Part shown: positions 20,428-30,281 of the stretch, piece by piece
How positions within the stretch are numbered: the stretch's first letter is position 1
Layout: each line of letters begins with the position of its first letter
Assembly (NCBI GenBank): GCA_965649205.1
Contig: CBFGJV010000001.1
Coordinates: 93,439 to 157,438, forward strand
Length of the DNA stretch: 64,000 nucleotides
Direction of reading: 5' to 3'
From: a candidate division WOR-3 bacterium
GTDB lineage: Bacteria; Hydrothermota; Tepidihabitantia; Tepidihabitantales; Tepidihabitantaceae
Position numbers and translations under genes: made by a program
Notes under the pieces: model-generated
Database searches by the model: none
Told to the model about the DNA's origin: nothing
The model's input: the letters and a program-made list of their open reading frames with translations, nothing else

Positions 20428-21504
20428 ATGAAGCTATACGCGGTAATACTCTGCGGGGGCAAAGGTGAGCGGTTCTGGCCAAAGAGCCGTCGATCAAACC
20501 CCAAGCAGTTTGCGAGCCTAGTCGGTCAAAGTTCGTTACTGCAACAAACCGTTGCCCGGATAACGCAGCTGTGTCCCCCTAGTAGGCGATTGTTTGTCGC
20601 ACCCGTGGAGCTGGAAAAGCAGGTGCGGAAACAGGTGAAGCCCGTACCACCGGGGTGTCTCCTGCTCGAACCCGAGGGCAAGAACACTGCGCCGGCCATA
20701 GGTCTGGCAGCGGCCTGGTTGCAGGCCAAGACGCCAGACGCCACTATGGTGGTGTTGCCTGCCGACCATCTTGTAAGAAATAGACAGGCTTTTCTGGCGG
20801 CAGTAAAATTTGCCGCAGAACTCGCGCAGGAACACCTTTTGGTCACATTCGGCATTCCTCCCGATCGACCAGATACAGGGTACGGCTACATTGAAATTGG
20901 GGACAAGATACGCGCCAGCGACGGCAGGAGCGCACATAAGGTTCTGGGATTCAAGGAAAAACCGGACTATCAAACCGCTACCGAGTACGTTTCAGCCGGT
21001 CGTTTTCTCTGGAACAGCGGGATGTTTGTATGGCGGGTTGATACCATTATGGACGCCTTTCGGCGCTTTATGCCTGATTTGGCGGCAAACATGACACGAC
21101 TAACAAAAGCCATTGGTGGCAAGAAGGAACAGGCTGCGGTACGGCAGATGTATCGCCAAACGGAGAATATCTCCATTGACTACGCAGTAATGGAGAAGGC
21201 GGACAACATTGCCGTAGTAAGGGCCGACTTTGATTGGGACGACGTCGGTTCCTGGCCAGCGCTAGCGAGACACCTGAAGCCCGATGCGGCCGGCAACGTA
21301 GCCCAGGGTCTCGCTTGTCTGCATAATTCCCATAATTGCGTGGTAAGCAGTGATACGGGCTTAGTAGCGCTTCTGGGCGTTAAAGACTTGGTGGTCGTAC
21401 GGGCAGCCGATGCGGTTTTCGTGGCGCAGAAAAGCGAACTGGACAGCATGAAGGCCATGCTCAGTACAATGGCCAAAGACAGTAAACTGAGGAAATTTCT
21501 GTGA
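20428..21504 (+). CDS. manC: Mannose-1-phosphate guanylyltransferase
   Basis: ILCGGKGERFWPKSR..PKQF, EPEGKNTAPA, WNSGMF, SIDYAVMEK, WDDVGSW. Confidence 0.93.
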   Translation: MKLYAVILCGGKGERFWPKSRRSNPKQFASLVGQSSLLQQTVARITQLCPPSRRLFVAPVELEKQVRKQVKPVPPGCLLLEPEGKNTAPAIGLAAAWLQAKTPDATMVVLPADHLVRNRQAFLAAVKFAAELAQEHLLVTFGIPPDRPDTGYGYIEIGDKIRASDGRSAHKVLGFKEKPDYQTATEYVSAGRFLWNSGMFVWRVDTIMDAFRRFMPDLAANMTRLTKAIGGKKEQAAVRQMYRQTENISIDYAVMEKADNIAVVRADFDWDDVGSWPALARHLKPDAAGNVAQGLACLHNSHNCVVSSDTGLVALLGVKDLVVVRAADAVFVAQKSELDSMKAMLSTMAKDSKLRKFL

Positions 21505-22106
21505 GGCTGATTCTGGCTACCAGGAATCCTGGCAAACTGAGTGAACTCAGGTCAATGCTGAGCGGGTCTGGTTGGGATATTCAGGACCTTGCTCAGGCTG
21601 GCGTGGAGGTAGATATAATTGAAGATGGAGCTACTTATGCGGAGAATGCTCGTAAAAAGGCATTAGCTATTGCTGAGGTTTCAGGGCTTTGCACATTAGC
21701 AGACGATTCGGGATTGGAGATAGACGCACTGAATGGTATGCCGGGTGTGCATTCGTCGTCTTACCTGGGTCCCGATGCCACATATGAAGAAAGATGTCAG
21801 GCAATCCTTAAGGAGATGCGTCATCTGCCTGAAAACCTGCGCTCGGCCAGGTTTCGCTGCGTAATGTGCCTTGTTGACCCGAAGCAAAGCGAGCATTACT
21901 TCGAAGGTATTTGTGAGGGAACTATTGCCTTCCAGGCCAGAGGTAAGGGTGGTTTTGGTTACGACCCGATATTCATACCGGAGCATTTCTCGCAGACCTT
22001 CGCAGAATTGCCTGAACAGGTTAAAAACAGCATCAGCCATCGGGCGAAAGCTCTGAGACAGGTAATCCTGCATCTGACTGAAGCATACGGTCAAACTGGT
22101 CATTGA
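21501..22106 (+). CDS. rdgB: Non-canonical purine NTP pyrophosphatase (Ham1)
   Basis: ATRNPGK, ADDSGL, GFGYDPIF, KNSISHR. Confidence 0.95.
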   Translation: MRLILATRNPGKLSELRSMLSGSGWDIQDLAQAGVEVDIIEDGATYAENARKKALAIAEVSGLCTLADDSGLEIDALNGMPGVHSSSYLGPDATYEERCQAILKEMRHLPENLRSARFRCVMCLVDPKQSEHYFEGICEGTIAFQARGKGGFGYDPIFIPEHFSQTFAELPEQVKNSISHRAKALRQVILHLTEAYGQTGH

Positions 22107-22156
22107 CTAATTGTCAATTGCGTCTATATTAGGCTTAAGGGTGAAAAACTCGGTTT

Positions 22157-22231
22157 CGGGGAGTAGCGCAGCCTGGTTAGCGCACCACGCTTGGGACGTG
22201 GGGGTCGCTGGTTCGAATCCAGTCTCCCCGA
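22157..22231 (+). tRNA. tRNA-Pro(UGG)
   Basis: CGGGGAGTAGCGCAGCCTGG...CCACG-CT-TGG-GA-CGTGG...GGTTCGAATCC...CTCCCCGA. Confidence 0.95.
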
Positions 22232-22247
22232 TAGACAGTAGTAAACT

Positions 22248-22321
22248 GCGCCTGTAGCTCAGCTGGACAGAGCATCGGATTTCTAATCCGATGGCCGCAG
22301 GTTCGACTCCTGCCAGGCGCG
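22248..22321 (+). tRNA. tRNA-Arg(UCU)
   Basis: GCGCCTGTAGCTCAG...TCGGA-TT-TCT-AA-TCCGA...GGTTCGACTCC...CAGGCGCG. Confidence 0.95.
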
Positions 22322-22376
22322 CTTCGTCCGAGGATGCAGAGAGACAGGAAAACTATTTAAGTAACGAAGCGGCTCT

Positions 22377-25300
22377 TCAGGACGAAGTAGTTTCGTAGAT
22401 CCTGGGCGGATCCGTGAATACAAGGAACGTACGGACCTTCTTGCCGGGATATAGTCGTCGGCAGGCTTCGGCGTAGTGGCGAAGTTGGCCTTCTTGATAC
22501 TGGCGAGCCAGAATAGAGATATCCTTCTTCTTCACCGTATAGGTCTTGTAATCGTAGATGCGCACCTCGTCTTCGGTGACAATCACACGGTCTATGCGGC
22601 CGGTCCAAACCGTACCGGAGTCCTCGCGGTACATAACCGGCAGCTCGGCCTCGGAATTCACCTGGGCCTTCACTATGTTCCAGACTAACTCGTTTGACTC
22701 CAGACCCTGAATCGTTGATAGAATGGAAGAGGACAGGGAGGAGTCGAGACCGCTCAGATGCAGGAGTCGCTGGATTTCGGCAGTGAGTTGTGGCTCTCCT
22801 GTCGTCAGTCTGCCCTTTGAGATGGCTTCCAGCACTTTGTGGACAATCTCGCCGGTTCCGACTGCTTCCTCACCGAACTCCTTGAAGTCAACGGCGAGGT
22901 TACGGGTTACGGCTCGAAAAGATGGCGCGGGTTCAGATGAGAGCGGGCCGATGAAGGACTTCGGTTTCGTCTTTTTCTCCGGCTTCGGTGGCTCAACCGA
23001 TGGGATATCCTGCGCGGTAAGGCAGTACACGCCGGGGATTCTCTCGGTGAGGCTGAATCCGTCATTGGTTTCGGCAAGTCCGAGATGTTCTTCGAGCCAA
23101 GACAAGACGGAAGCGTTGCTTTTGGAGTCGCGTTTGGAGTGGGATTTGGAATCGGGTTTGGGCTGCCAGATCCCGGTCAGAAACAGTGCGTCGGTTGCCC
23201 TTGTACAGGCAACGTAGAATACACGCTTTTCCTCTTCGGCTTCCTTTTCCCGAGATTCCTTCCAGAATCTGTTCGCATTGCGTCTTTGGCCATCTGCGAT
23301 GTATGATGCCCAGGCTTCATTCGGTGCACGTTCCTCAATAAGCAGTGATTCCCTGTTCCTGTCTGACAGCGAGTTGTCGCATTCCATGTAGAAAACTACC
23401 GGGAACTGAAGGCCTTTAGCTTTGTGAACAGTCATTACTTGGACCGCCTTGCCGGTCTCGACGCTGACATCGGCATGTTTCTCGTCAGGTGCGACTTCGA
23501 AGTACTCGGCAATACGCAGAGGATGCCGGCCTTCCAGCTCGAGTTGATCGACAATGCGGAGGAACTTGCGGATGTTTGCCACGCGCTGCTCTTCCCAGAG
23601 ATAGAGACAAGCCCCGCGTTCAGTCAGAGCGTTTTCCATGATGGTAGAGAGACTCTCGCGGTTGACCCGGCTCAACCAGCAGTGCAATGTGTTAGCGATC
23701 GGGGCAACGTCCGAGCTTTTCTGAGCGTATCTCTGAAGCCGTTCCCACAGAGAGGAACCCGGTTCAGCGCTGGCGAGCAGAATGTTGCGTTCGGGCAGTA
23801 AGAAAAGCGGTCCCCGCAACAGCGCGTAGAGAGCGTTGTTGTCGGCCGGGTCAGCAAGGAAGGTAAGCAAGCTCTTGACGTGGCAGACCTCGGGTTCGGA
23901 ATAGAAACCTTCGCCGCCGACCGCGACAAAGGGGATGCGGTGTCGGTTCAAAGCGTCAATGAGGAAGTGCAGATGCGTATTGGTGCGCACCAGAATAGCG
24001 ATGTCTCCGTAGCCGCAGGCGCGGGGTATCTCCGGCAGTTCCGGCTCGGACTGCCGTTCGTATATTGTGAGTGGCTCAGGACCAGCAACCAGACTCTTGA
24101 TGCGGCGGCAGACCATCTCGGCTTCCAGGGGACGCCGCACGTCCATGTTTCCGTCGCTGCGGTCAAGCAATATCTCAACTCGACCCGGCTTATCGTTCTT
24201 GCGGCCGCGCTCGAACGGTTCATAGGGCGTACGCCAGGGTTCGGCAGCGCAACCGGTATCATCAATCTTCCCGGTCGGACGCATCAGCCTGGAGAACAGC
24301 GTATTGGTGAAGTCCACGATTGCCTGCAGATTGCGATAGTTGTATTTGATTGTCCGCTTTTTCAGTCGTTCGCCGAGGTCACTGCTCAATCTCCTCTCCA
24401 CTTCGGAGAAAACCTCGACTTTAGCGCCACGGAAAAGGTAAATAGACTGTTTCACGTCGCCGACGATGAAAATGGTGGGCTCAATTCCCTTTTCAGCTTT
24501 TGCCCCGCGGCCGGCGCGCCATTCCTCGGTCAGTTTGTCAATAATGGCCCACTGCAGGTAACTGGTGTCTTGGAACTCATCTACTAGCAGGTGGTCGGTT
24601 TCTTCGTCGAAGGCGCGGAGTATATTCTGCCATTGGTCGTCCTCGGAAATTATGCGCAAGGCGTGGTGCTCCATATCCTCAAAGTCCACGGTTCCGGTTT
24701 CGCGTTTGCGCTTCTCGTAAGCAGCCAGGAACTGACGCTGGAACAGGTCGAGGATGCGACCGAACCGGGCGTAGTCCTGGATTGACTTGAGTGTGTTGTG
24801 GTAGCGGTACATCTGCTCGTTCCATGCAATAAGTTTCTTGTCCTTGCCACGACGAATCGGGCCGCCGCTAGGGTTGCAGAAGGTAAGGCGATTCTTCTCC
24901 AGTTGGGCCAAGGCACTGTCAACCATGTCGGCTGACAGCTCTTTCGGGAAAAGACTGAAGTAGTCTGGGATTTTGTCGGGGCCGATCGGGCTGGCAAGCA
25001 GTTCTGCACGTAGAGCGTGGAAGTCGTCTTCTGCCGTCGGCTCGACGCGTGCACGTTCCACCGCAACGCGCTTCTTGTACAGGGCAGCAAACAGCTTGGT
25101 CAGGTCGTCCCACCCTTGCTTTTTCTCTGCGGTGATCAGGTCCATCAGGGTGCGATAGTCCTCGGTATCTGGTGAGGCCGCGATGCGCGCAAATGTCTCA
25201 TACAGCGCCTGGTTCCACAGCTCAGCCGAGCCGGCCTCGTCGAGTGGTTCGAGTGCCGGGTCAAGCCCGACGTGAGGCGCGAACCGACGCAGGAGTCCGA

Positions 25301-25559
25301 GGCAGAAAGAATGAATGGTAGAGATGCGCAGTCGCAGGATATTCTCACGCACCTTGCGGTACAGCTCAGCGTACTCGGGATTCTCACGAAGCCGTTTGAG
25401 TATCCGCTCTTTCATCTCGGCCGCGGCCTTTTCGGTAAAGGTGAGCGTAAGAATACGCTGGGGCTCGACGCCAGCCCTAAGCAATTCGATGTACCGCTTG
25501 CTCAGCTCTTCAGTCTTGCCCGAGCCGGCCGGGGCCGCGACGATGAGACTCTCTAACAT
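22377..25559 (-). CDS. addA: AddA-like UvrD/SF1 helicase-nuclease
   Basis: APAGSGKT, DEFQD, GDVKQSIYLFRGA, MTVHKAKGLQFP, YVACTRA; C-terminal GRIDR...DYKT...QL..Y nuclease. Confidence 0.85.
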   Translation of the reverse strand: MLESLIVAAPAGSGKTEELSKRYIELLRAGVEPQRILTLTFTEKAAAEMKERILKRLRENPEYAELYRKVRENILRLRISTIHSFCLGLLRRFAPHVGLDPALEPLDEAGSAELWNQALYETFARIAASPDTEDYRTLMDLITAEKKQGWDDLTKLFAALYKKRVAVERARVEPTAEDDFHALRAELLASPIGPDKIPDYFSLFPKELSADMVDSALAQLEKNRLTFCNPSGGPIRRGKDKKLIAWNEQMYRYHNTLKSIQDYARFGRILDLFQRQFLAAYEKRKRETGTVDFEDMEHHALRIISEDDQWQNILRAFDEETDHLLVDEFQDTSYLQWAIIDKLTEEWRAGRGAKAEKGIEPTIFIVGDVKQSIYLFRGAKVEVFSEVERRLSSDLGERLKKRTIKYNYRNLQAIVDFTNTLFSRLMRPTGKIDDTGCAAEPWRTPYEPFERGRKNDKPGRVEILLDRSDGNMDVRRPLEAEMVCRRIKSLVAGPEPLTIYERQSEPELPEIPRACGYGDIAILVRTNTHLHFLIDALNRHRIPFVAVGGEGFYSEPEVCHVKSLLTFLADPADNNALYALLRGPLFLLPERNILLASAEPGSSLWERLQRYAQKSSDVAPIANTLHCWLSRVNRESLSTIMENALTERGACLYLWEEQRVANIRKFLRIVDQLELEGRHPLRIAEYFEVAPDEKHADVSVETGKAVQVMTVHKAKGLQFPVVFYMECDNSLSDRNRESLLIEERAPNEAWASYIADGQRRNANRFWKESREKEAEEEKRVFYVACTRATDALFLTGIWQPKPDSKSHSKRDSKSNASVLSWLEEHLGLAETNDGFSLTERIPGVYCLTAQDIPSVEPPKPEKKTKPKSFIGPLSSEPAPSFRAVTRNLAVDFKEFGEEAVGTGEIVHKVLEAISKGRLTTGEPQLTAEIQRLLHLSGLDSSLSSSILSTIQGLESNELVWNIVKAQVNSEAELPVMYREDSGTVWTGRIDRVIVTEDEVRIYDYKTYTVKKKDISILARQYQEGQLRHYAEACRRLYPGKKVRTFLVFTDPPRIYETTSS

Positions 25560-25562
25560 TTG

Positions 25563-28400
25563 CTAGTCCCTTTTTCTCTTCCGCACAGGCTTGCCGCAGA
25601 GAAACGCCTGGGGGCAATTCTTGCATCCCTCTTTTGTGTCAGCCGGTTGTGCCGAAAAGCTCCCAACCCGGATAAGATGGATGATTTCGATCGCATTGGC
25701 AAGCGCAGCCTTGATAAGCTCGTCAACTGAATCCCCTTTTTTTACCAGCCAGTTGACTTTGGCTTCGGTCGTGGAATAGATACCCATATTGGCAATTGTC
25801 TTGTCCTTGTGGTCGGCGAGCAGCAGGTGGCAGTAGATTGGGAGCTGGAGGTAGGTCTTTTTTTCGGTAACGCCTTTTGCATCCGGCAGCTTGGAAGTAC
25901 CGGTCTTGTAGTCAAGTACCCGCAAACGTGCGCCGTCAGAGTCGTAACGATCGAGTCGGCCCTTGACCAGCGCTCGAGGTCCTGCCTCGCCGCACAGCGT
26001 TACTTCAACGCCTGCCGGTTCAAATCCTTCAGCACGCAATTCGGCCTCGCATTTGATAATATCATCAATACTGTTCTCGAACAGGCGGCGGGTAACTTCG
26101 GTCCAGAACTGGTCGAGCTCGAACTCGCCGATGACCTTATTGAGACTGGTGAGAGTCCGTGACCTAAGCTGGTCGAGCGATACCGGGCCATTCCCGTAGA
26201 GTTCGGCAAGGGCGCGGTGCACGACACGACCCCATTGCTGCGGTTCGAGACTCAGTTTTGGCAGCTCAACCGGTTCTAATCCGAGGATTTCGTAGACGTA
26301 GAAACGGTATGGGCAGGCCCGATATTTCTCAAGCTTGGTAACGCTCAAGTGCCGGTTTGGACCGAACCTGGACTCAAGTATGGCAAGCACTTCCTTGTCC
26401 GCGCTGAAGTCAACCGGTTGGACGGTCTCGGACAAGCCTTTTCCTGATTCTGAACCTTCGTAGCGCTGTTCCTCTGCAGGCGAAAACAGCCCTGGGGCGG
26501 GTTTGGCCTGAACCGGTTCCTGTTCGATAAAAGGAGTGGGCAGGACAAGCTTTCCCTCCGCCCCTGAATGGTAGCTGAGCCAAGGAGCGGTCCGACTGCT
26601 ATGGCACGTCCGTTCGAAATGGAACCTTTCGTGATCCAGATGCCAATCCATATCTGGCATTCCCAGTTCACGTCTGACAAAATCTGGTAGCAAGGGATCG
26701 ACAGGATACCGCCCCGGCAGGCCGGATTCGGTCAATGTTGCCAAATACAAGTGATCGGGGTTCAATCCTAACGTTTCTGATAACGAGAGTATCAGCACGC
26801 CCTGCGGAGACAGGTCAGGCGTATGCGCGGAGACATTATTGAGCAGGTAGCTGAAGGCCTGATAAAAACCTGTAAGGTCGGTTGGCTGCGGGCCGAAATC
26901 AGCCTCAAAAGCGACAAGGGAATCGAGAAGGTCGTAGAGCTGTCCCCGCGCTTTGAGCAGTTGATCTGAGACAGGTTCGGCAGGGTCTAGATTATCGCAA
27001 AAATCTGCTGCCCCGAGTAGTTTCTTGAACCGTAACGCATACTCCCCAAGCGTGCGAGCCCCGTCCATTATCGTCTGGCCTAGATTGATTGCCTGTTTTA
27101 CGCGCCGCTCGAGGTCCTTGGCAAACGAGCTTGCCACTTCGCTTTTAAAGCCTTCTTCTGGCTCCAGTCGCTGGGCCAGGTGAGACCATGCGTCAGCACC
27201 CCGGATAATCCCGGCTTTGCGCGCAGCCTGGTTGAGTGCAACCGCGGCTGCATTTCGGCTTTTGTCATCGGTGTCCGAACTGAGCCGCAGAAGTCTCGGT
27301 AGAAACTCGGAGCTGAAAGCCGCAGTTGTCACAGTGCGCTCGTAGCCACTTTCCAGCGCAGCAAGAAGACTGAGCGCGGCAACCGCCGGCGGTGAGGCAG
27401 CAAGCTTCTGGTTTGGATAGACGGTGGCAGGAATGCCGTATTCACGGAATATACGGGAAACGAGAGGAGCATAGGCTTCCAGCGCGGGCAGCGCAACAAT
27501 GGTGTCTGTAAGTTTAAGCTGGCCATCAAGGTTGCGTAGTTTTATATCTCGGGCAATGCCCGCAATTTCGTCTTCGGCCGAGTTAAAACGCAGAGGCGAC
27601 AGTTGAGGTGGATTGGGCGAAGGTTCAAGTTGTACAACAGAGAAATCTTGGGATTTCAAGAAGTGGACGAAGTTCAGGCCTAGCCTGTAAGCAGCCTCGT
27701 CGCCGGGCCCAGCATAACACAAGGCGAACGTCTTCTGGGCCCGACTCAGAAGCGCAGCTATCAGTTCCTGCTCCAACCGAGTTGGTGCGACAAAGCTATC
27801 CAGTACAAGCAGCGGTATTTCCGGATAAGACGTAACCCAGCCTGTTGCCGAGGTCATAATGTCCTCGTCATCGGACCAGCCGCGCTTCTTCAGCGCCTCA
27901 TCATACGCCTCGAGAATATCAAGTGCCTCCAAGGCGCGGGCCCGCGGTTTTTCGTAAGCATCGAGCAGTTTAGCAATGAGTTGTCGCGTCTTTCCAAGTT
28001 CACGAACGGCAGCAGCTCGTTTCAAGTCACGGATGAAGTTAGCTACGGCGCGGCAGTAGCCAAGTGGGGGGGAGGAACTGCCTGCGGCGCTGTTTTTCTG
28101 CCTGAATATCATCTGCACAAGCAGGGTGCTTAACTCGGGACTAAGCCGGCGGCTGCTGCCAAACTCATTGTGTAAGTTGCGACTGAACTCTCCCAAGGTG
28201 AAGAAACGCGGCGGCAGAAAAGCCTCGGCGTTAACCTGATGGGCAAAACGCCATTGAACGTCGCGGAGCTTACGGGGGCTGGGGCAAAGATAAAATATAT
28301 GGCGGAAATCCGGACCAGGTACGGCTCCTATTACCTCGCGTACCAGAAAATCAGCTGTGTCCGTACGGGAAAAGGGCGCCTGATACAGTCGGCGGGTCAA
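25563..28400 (-). CDS. addB: AddB-like PD-(D/E)XK nuclease with Fe-S staple
   Basis: Degenerate helicase-like N-terminus; CPYRFY...GRLDR...DYKTG...QLPIY...CKNCPQAFLC; 3 nt upstream of addA. Confidence 0.82.
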   Translation of the reverse strand: MTRRLYQAPFSRTDTADFLVREVIGAVPGPDFRHIFYLCPSPRKLRDVQWRFAHQVNAEAFLPPRFFTLGEFSRNLHNEFGSSRRLSPELSTLLVQMIFRQKNSAAGSSSPPLGYCRAVANFIRDLKRAAAVRELGKTRQLIAKLLDAYEKPRARALEALDILEAYDEALKKRGWSDDEDIMTSATGWVTSYPEIPLLVLDSFVAPTRLEQELIAALLSRAQKTFALCYAGPGDEAAYRLGLNFVHFLKSQDFSVVQLEPSPNPPQLSPLRFNSAEDEIAGIARDIKLRNLDGQLKLTDTIVALPALEAYAPLVSRIFREYGIPATVYPNQKLAASPPAVAALSLLAALESGYERTVTTAAFSSEFLPRLLRLSSDTDDKSRNAAAVALNQAARKAGIIRGADAWSHLAQRLEPEEGFKSEVASSFAKDLERRVKQAINLGQTIMDGARTLGEYALRFKKLLGAADFCDNLDPAEPVSDQLLKARGQLYDLLDSLVAFEADFGPQPTDLTGFYQAFSYLLNNVSAHTPDLSPQGVLILSLSETLGLNPDHLYLATLTESGLPGRYPVDPLLPDFVRRELGMPDMDWHLDHERFHFERTCHSSRTAPWLSYHSGAEGKLVLPTPFIEQEPVQAKPAPGLFSPAEEQRYEGSESGKGLSETVQPVDFSADKEVLAILESRFGPNRHLSVTKLEKYRACPYRFYVYEILGLEPVELPKLSLEPQQWGRVVHRALAELYGNGPVSLDQLRSRTLTSLNKVIGEFELDQFWTEVTRRLFENSIDDIIKCEAELRAEGFEPAGVEVTLCGEAGPRALVKGRLDRYDSDGARLRVLDYKTGTSKLPDAKGVTEKKTYLQLPIYCHLLLADHKDKTIANMGIYSTTEAKVNWLVKKGDSVDELIKAALANAIEIIHLIRVGSFSAQPADTKEGCKNCPQAFLCGKPVRKRKRD

Positions 28401-28434
28401 ATCAGTATCCTCCGATTCAAGCTCTCTGTATCGG

Positions 28435-28548
28435 CTACTGCTGTATGTTTTCTGCCACCGATACAGACTTACGGGCTTCTTTACGGCGCTTTCGCTTCAA
28501 AGCCCAGCGATGACGTTTACGCTTTATCTTACTTTTACTCCTTGCCAT
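28435..28548 (-). CDS. 37-aa highly basic small protein MARSKSKIKRKRHRWALKRKRRKEARKSVSVAENIQQ
   Basis: GAGGAG RBS, ATG...TAG, co-oriented between two genes; below ORF-track cutoff. Confidence 0.7.
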   Translation of the reverse strand: MARSKSKIKRKRHRWALKRKRRKEARKSVSVAENIQQ

Positions 28549-28580
28549 CGTTTATCTTCTCCTCAGAATAACAACTCAGA

Positions 28581-28841
28581 TCAAGGTACGACCTTGTACA
28601 CTATGTCCCTTTCGTGTACCCGTTCGTTTACCTTCAGTCCGGCCTCGCCGCCTTTGGGAAGCTTGCTGACTGCCTGATGTTCCACCTGCAGGGATTCTAC
28701 AGTCTGAACGAAATCTGTATGCTCGCCCTTGATATGTATGGTGTCTCCCAGACACAGCTCTCCGTCTGTAGCTTTCACCACCGCTACGCCGATGCGGTGA
28801 AAACAGTGGGTTATGATTCCAACTTTTTGCTCTGGCATCAT
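28581..28841 (-). CDS. Small translation-factor-like beta-barrel protein (EF-Tu domain II / U32 C-terminal-like)
   Basis: VG.ITH.F.RIGVAVV...L..GDTIHIKG..TDF.Q.VES.Q.....V....G..AGLKV...V...D.VYKV. Confidence 0.8.
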   Translation of the reverse strand: MMPEQKVGIITHCFHRIGVAVVKATDGELCLGDTIHIKGEHTDFVQTVESLQVEHQAVSKLPKGGEAGLKVNERVHERDIVYKVVP

Positions 28842-28847
28842 TACCTC

Positions 28848-30143
28848 CTAAGGATAAACCTTCTCCAACATCCGTGGAAACGGAATGGTTTCTCGTACAT
28901 GACGAACACCGCAAAGCCAGGCAACTGTACGCTCAATTCCTAAACCAAAACCGGCGTGAGGAAAAGAGCCGTAGCGTCGGATGTCCAAATACCACTCGAA
29001 CGCTTCTCGGGGCAGACGGTATTCCTCAAGTCTCCGCTCGAGTTCCTTGAGGTTGTCCTCTCTCTGGCCCCCGCCTATTATTTCGCCAAATCCCTCGGGC
29101 GCAATCATGTCCACGGCTAGAGCCAATCTGGGGTCGTCTGGATCGCGCTTCATATAGAACGCCTTGTTTGCGGCTGGGTAACGATGAATGAGTACCGGTC
29201 GATCAAAACACTGACCGATGATAGTTTCCTCGTCGCCGCCAAAGTCGTCTCCAAAAGTCACATTCTTACCATGCTTCTGGAGCAATTGTACAGCTTCGGC
29301 ATAAGTAATACGAGGAAAAGGTTTTTTTATGGCCTCCAGAACGGAAACGTTACGTTCCAGCAGTTCCAGCTCGGCTCGGCGAGATTGCAAAACTCGGTTC
29401 ACCAGGTAACACACTAAATCTTCTGCAAGCTCCATGGCGCCGTCAAGATCGCAGAAAGCCATTTCTGGCTCCAGCATCCAGAACTCAGTCAGATGGCGCC
29501 TGGTTTTCGATTTCTCGGCCCGAAAGGTGGGGCCGAAGCAATAGGTTCTGCCTACAGCCGCGGCCAGCGCCTCATTGTATAGCTGACCAGACTGGGTGAG
29601 GTAAACCTGCTCGCCGTAGTAGTCCACGGCGAAGAGGGTGGTAGTACCTTCGCACGCAGCCGGCGTCAATATGGGAGTATCCGCCAGAACAAAGCCATTT
29701 ACTTCCATGAAATCACGACAGGCTTTGATAATCTCCGACCGTACACGCAGTATTGCAGCCTGGCGCGGAGACCGAATCCATAGGTGCCGATGTTTCAAGA
29801 GAAAATCAACGCCATGCTCCTTAGGGGTAATCGGATACGGCTCAGCGGCATGTAGCAACGTAAAGTCGGTGGCGGAGATTTCATAGCCACCGGGCGCCCG
29901 GTCATCGCGGCGCACCTTGCCTGTTACCAATACGGAGGACTCCTGAGGAATGGAGTCAGCAAGTTCAAATGCAGCGTCGGACACCTCGCCCTTTAGGAAT
30001 ACGCATTGGATTACGCCGGAACCGTCGCGCAGCAGTACAAAGCGAATCTTACCTGAAGAGCGTTTGTTGTACACCCAGCCCGGTAGCGTAACCGACATTC
30101 CTTCAAAGCTGCCGATGCTGGCAATGATCGGTCTTTGTTGCAC
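28848..30143 (-). CDS. asnS: Asparaginyl-tRNA synthetase
   Basis: OB fold GWV..KR.SGK..F..LRDGSG; YLTQSGQLY; FRAEKSKTRRHL.EFWMLEPE; GFGLGIER. Confidence 0.95.
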   Translation of the reverse strand: MQQRPIIASIGSFEGMSVTLPGWVYNKRSSGKIRFVLLRDGSGVIQCVFLKGEVSDAAFELADSIPQESSVLVTGKVRRDDRAPGGYEISATDFTLLHAAEPYPITPKEHGVDFLLKHRHLWIRSPRQAAILRVRSEIIKACRDFMEVNGFVLADTPILTPAACEGTTTLFAVDYYGEQVYLTQSGQLYNEALAAAVGRTYCFGPTFRAEKSKTRRHLTEFWMLEPEMAFCDLDGAMELAEDLVCYLVNRVLQSRRAELELLERNVSVLEAIKKPFPRITYAEAVQLLQKHGKNVTFGDDFGGDEETIIGQCFDRPVLIHRYPAANKAFYMKRDPDDPRLALAVDMIAPEGFGEIIGGGQREDNLKELERRLEEYRLPREAFEWYLDIRRYGSFPHAGFGLGIERTVAWLCGVRHVRETIPFPRMLEKVYP

Positions 30144-30149
30144 TGCTGC

Positions 30150-30177
30150 ATTCTATTTTGCGGCTTCCAAGTGTCAA
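30150..30177 (-). promoter_or_regulatory. Sigma70-type promoter of asnS (leaderless)
   Basis: TTGACA-16nt-TAGAAT-6nt-GTG. Confidence 0.7.
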
Positions 30178-30281
30178 GCGGGGCCCGGCGATGAGGCTTA
30201 CCTTGCTTTCCCAACGTCAAATTTCCTTCGGATAGAAAAACCGGGCTGGAGGCTGGACAATGCTTTTTCGTGTGATAATCT

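Noticed and set aside
25563..26350. Cas4-like nuclease (four-Cys PD-(D/E)XK domain)
   Set aside because: It is the C-terminal domain of a 945-aa AddB-like protein next to addA, with no cas genes nearby
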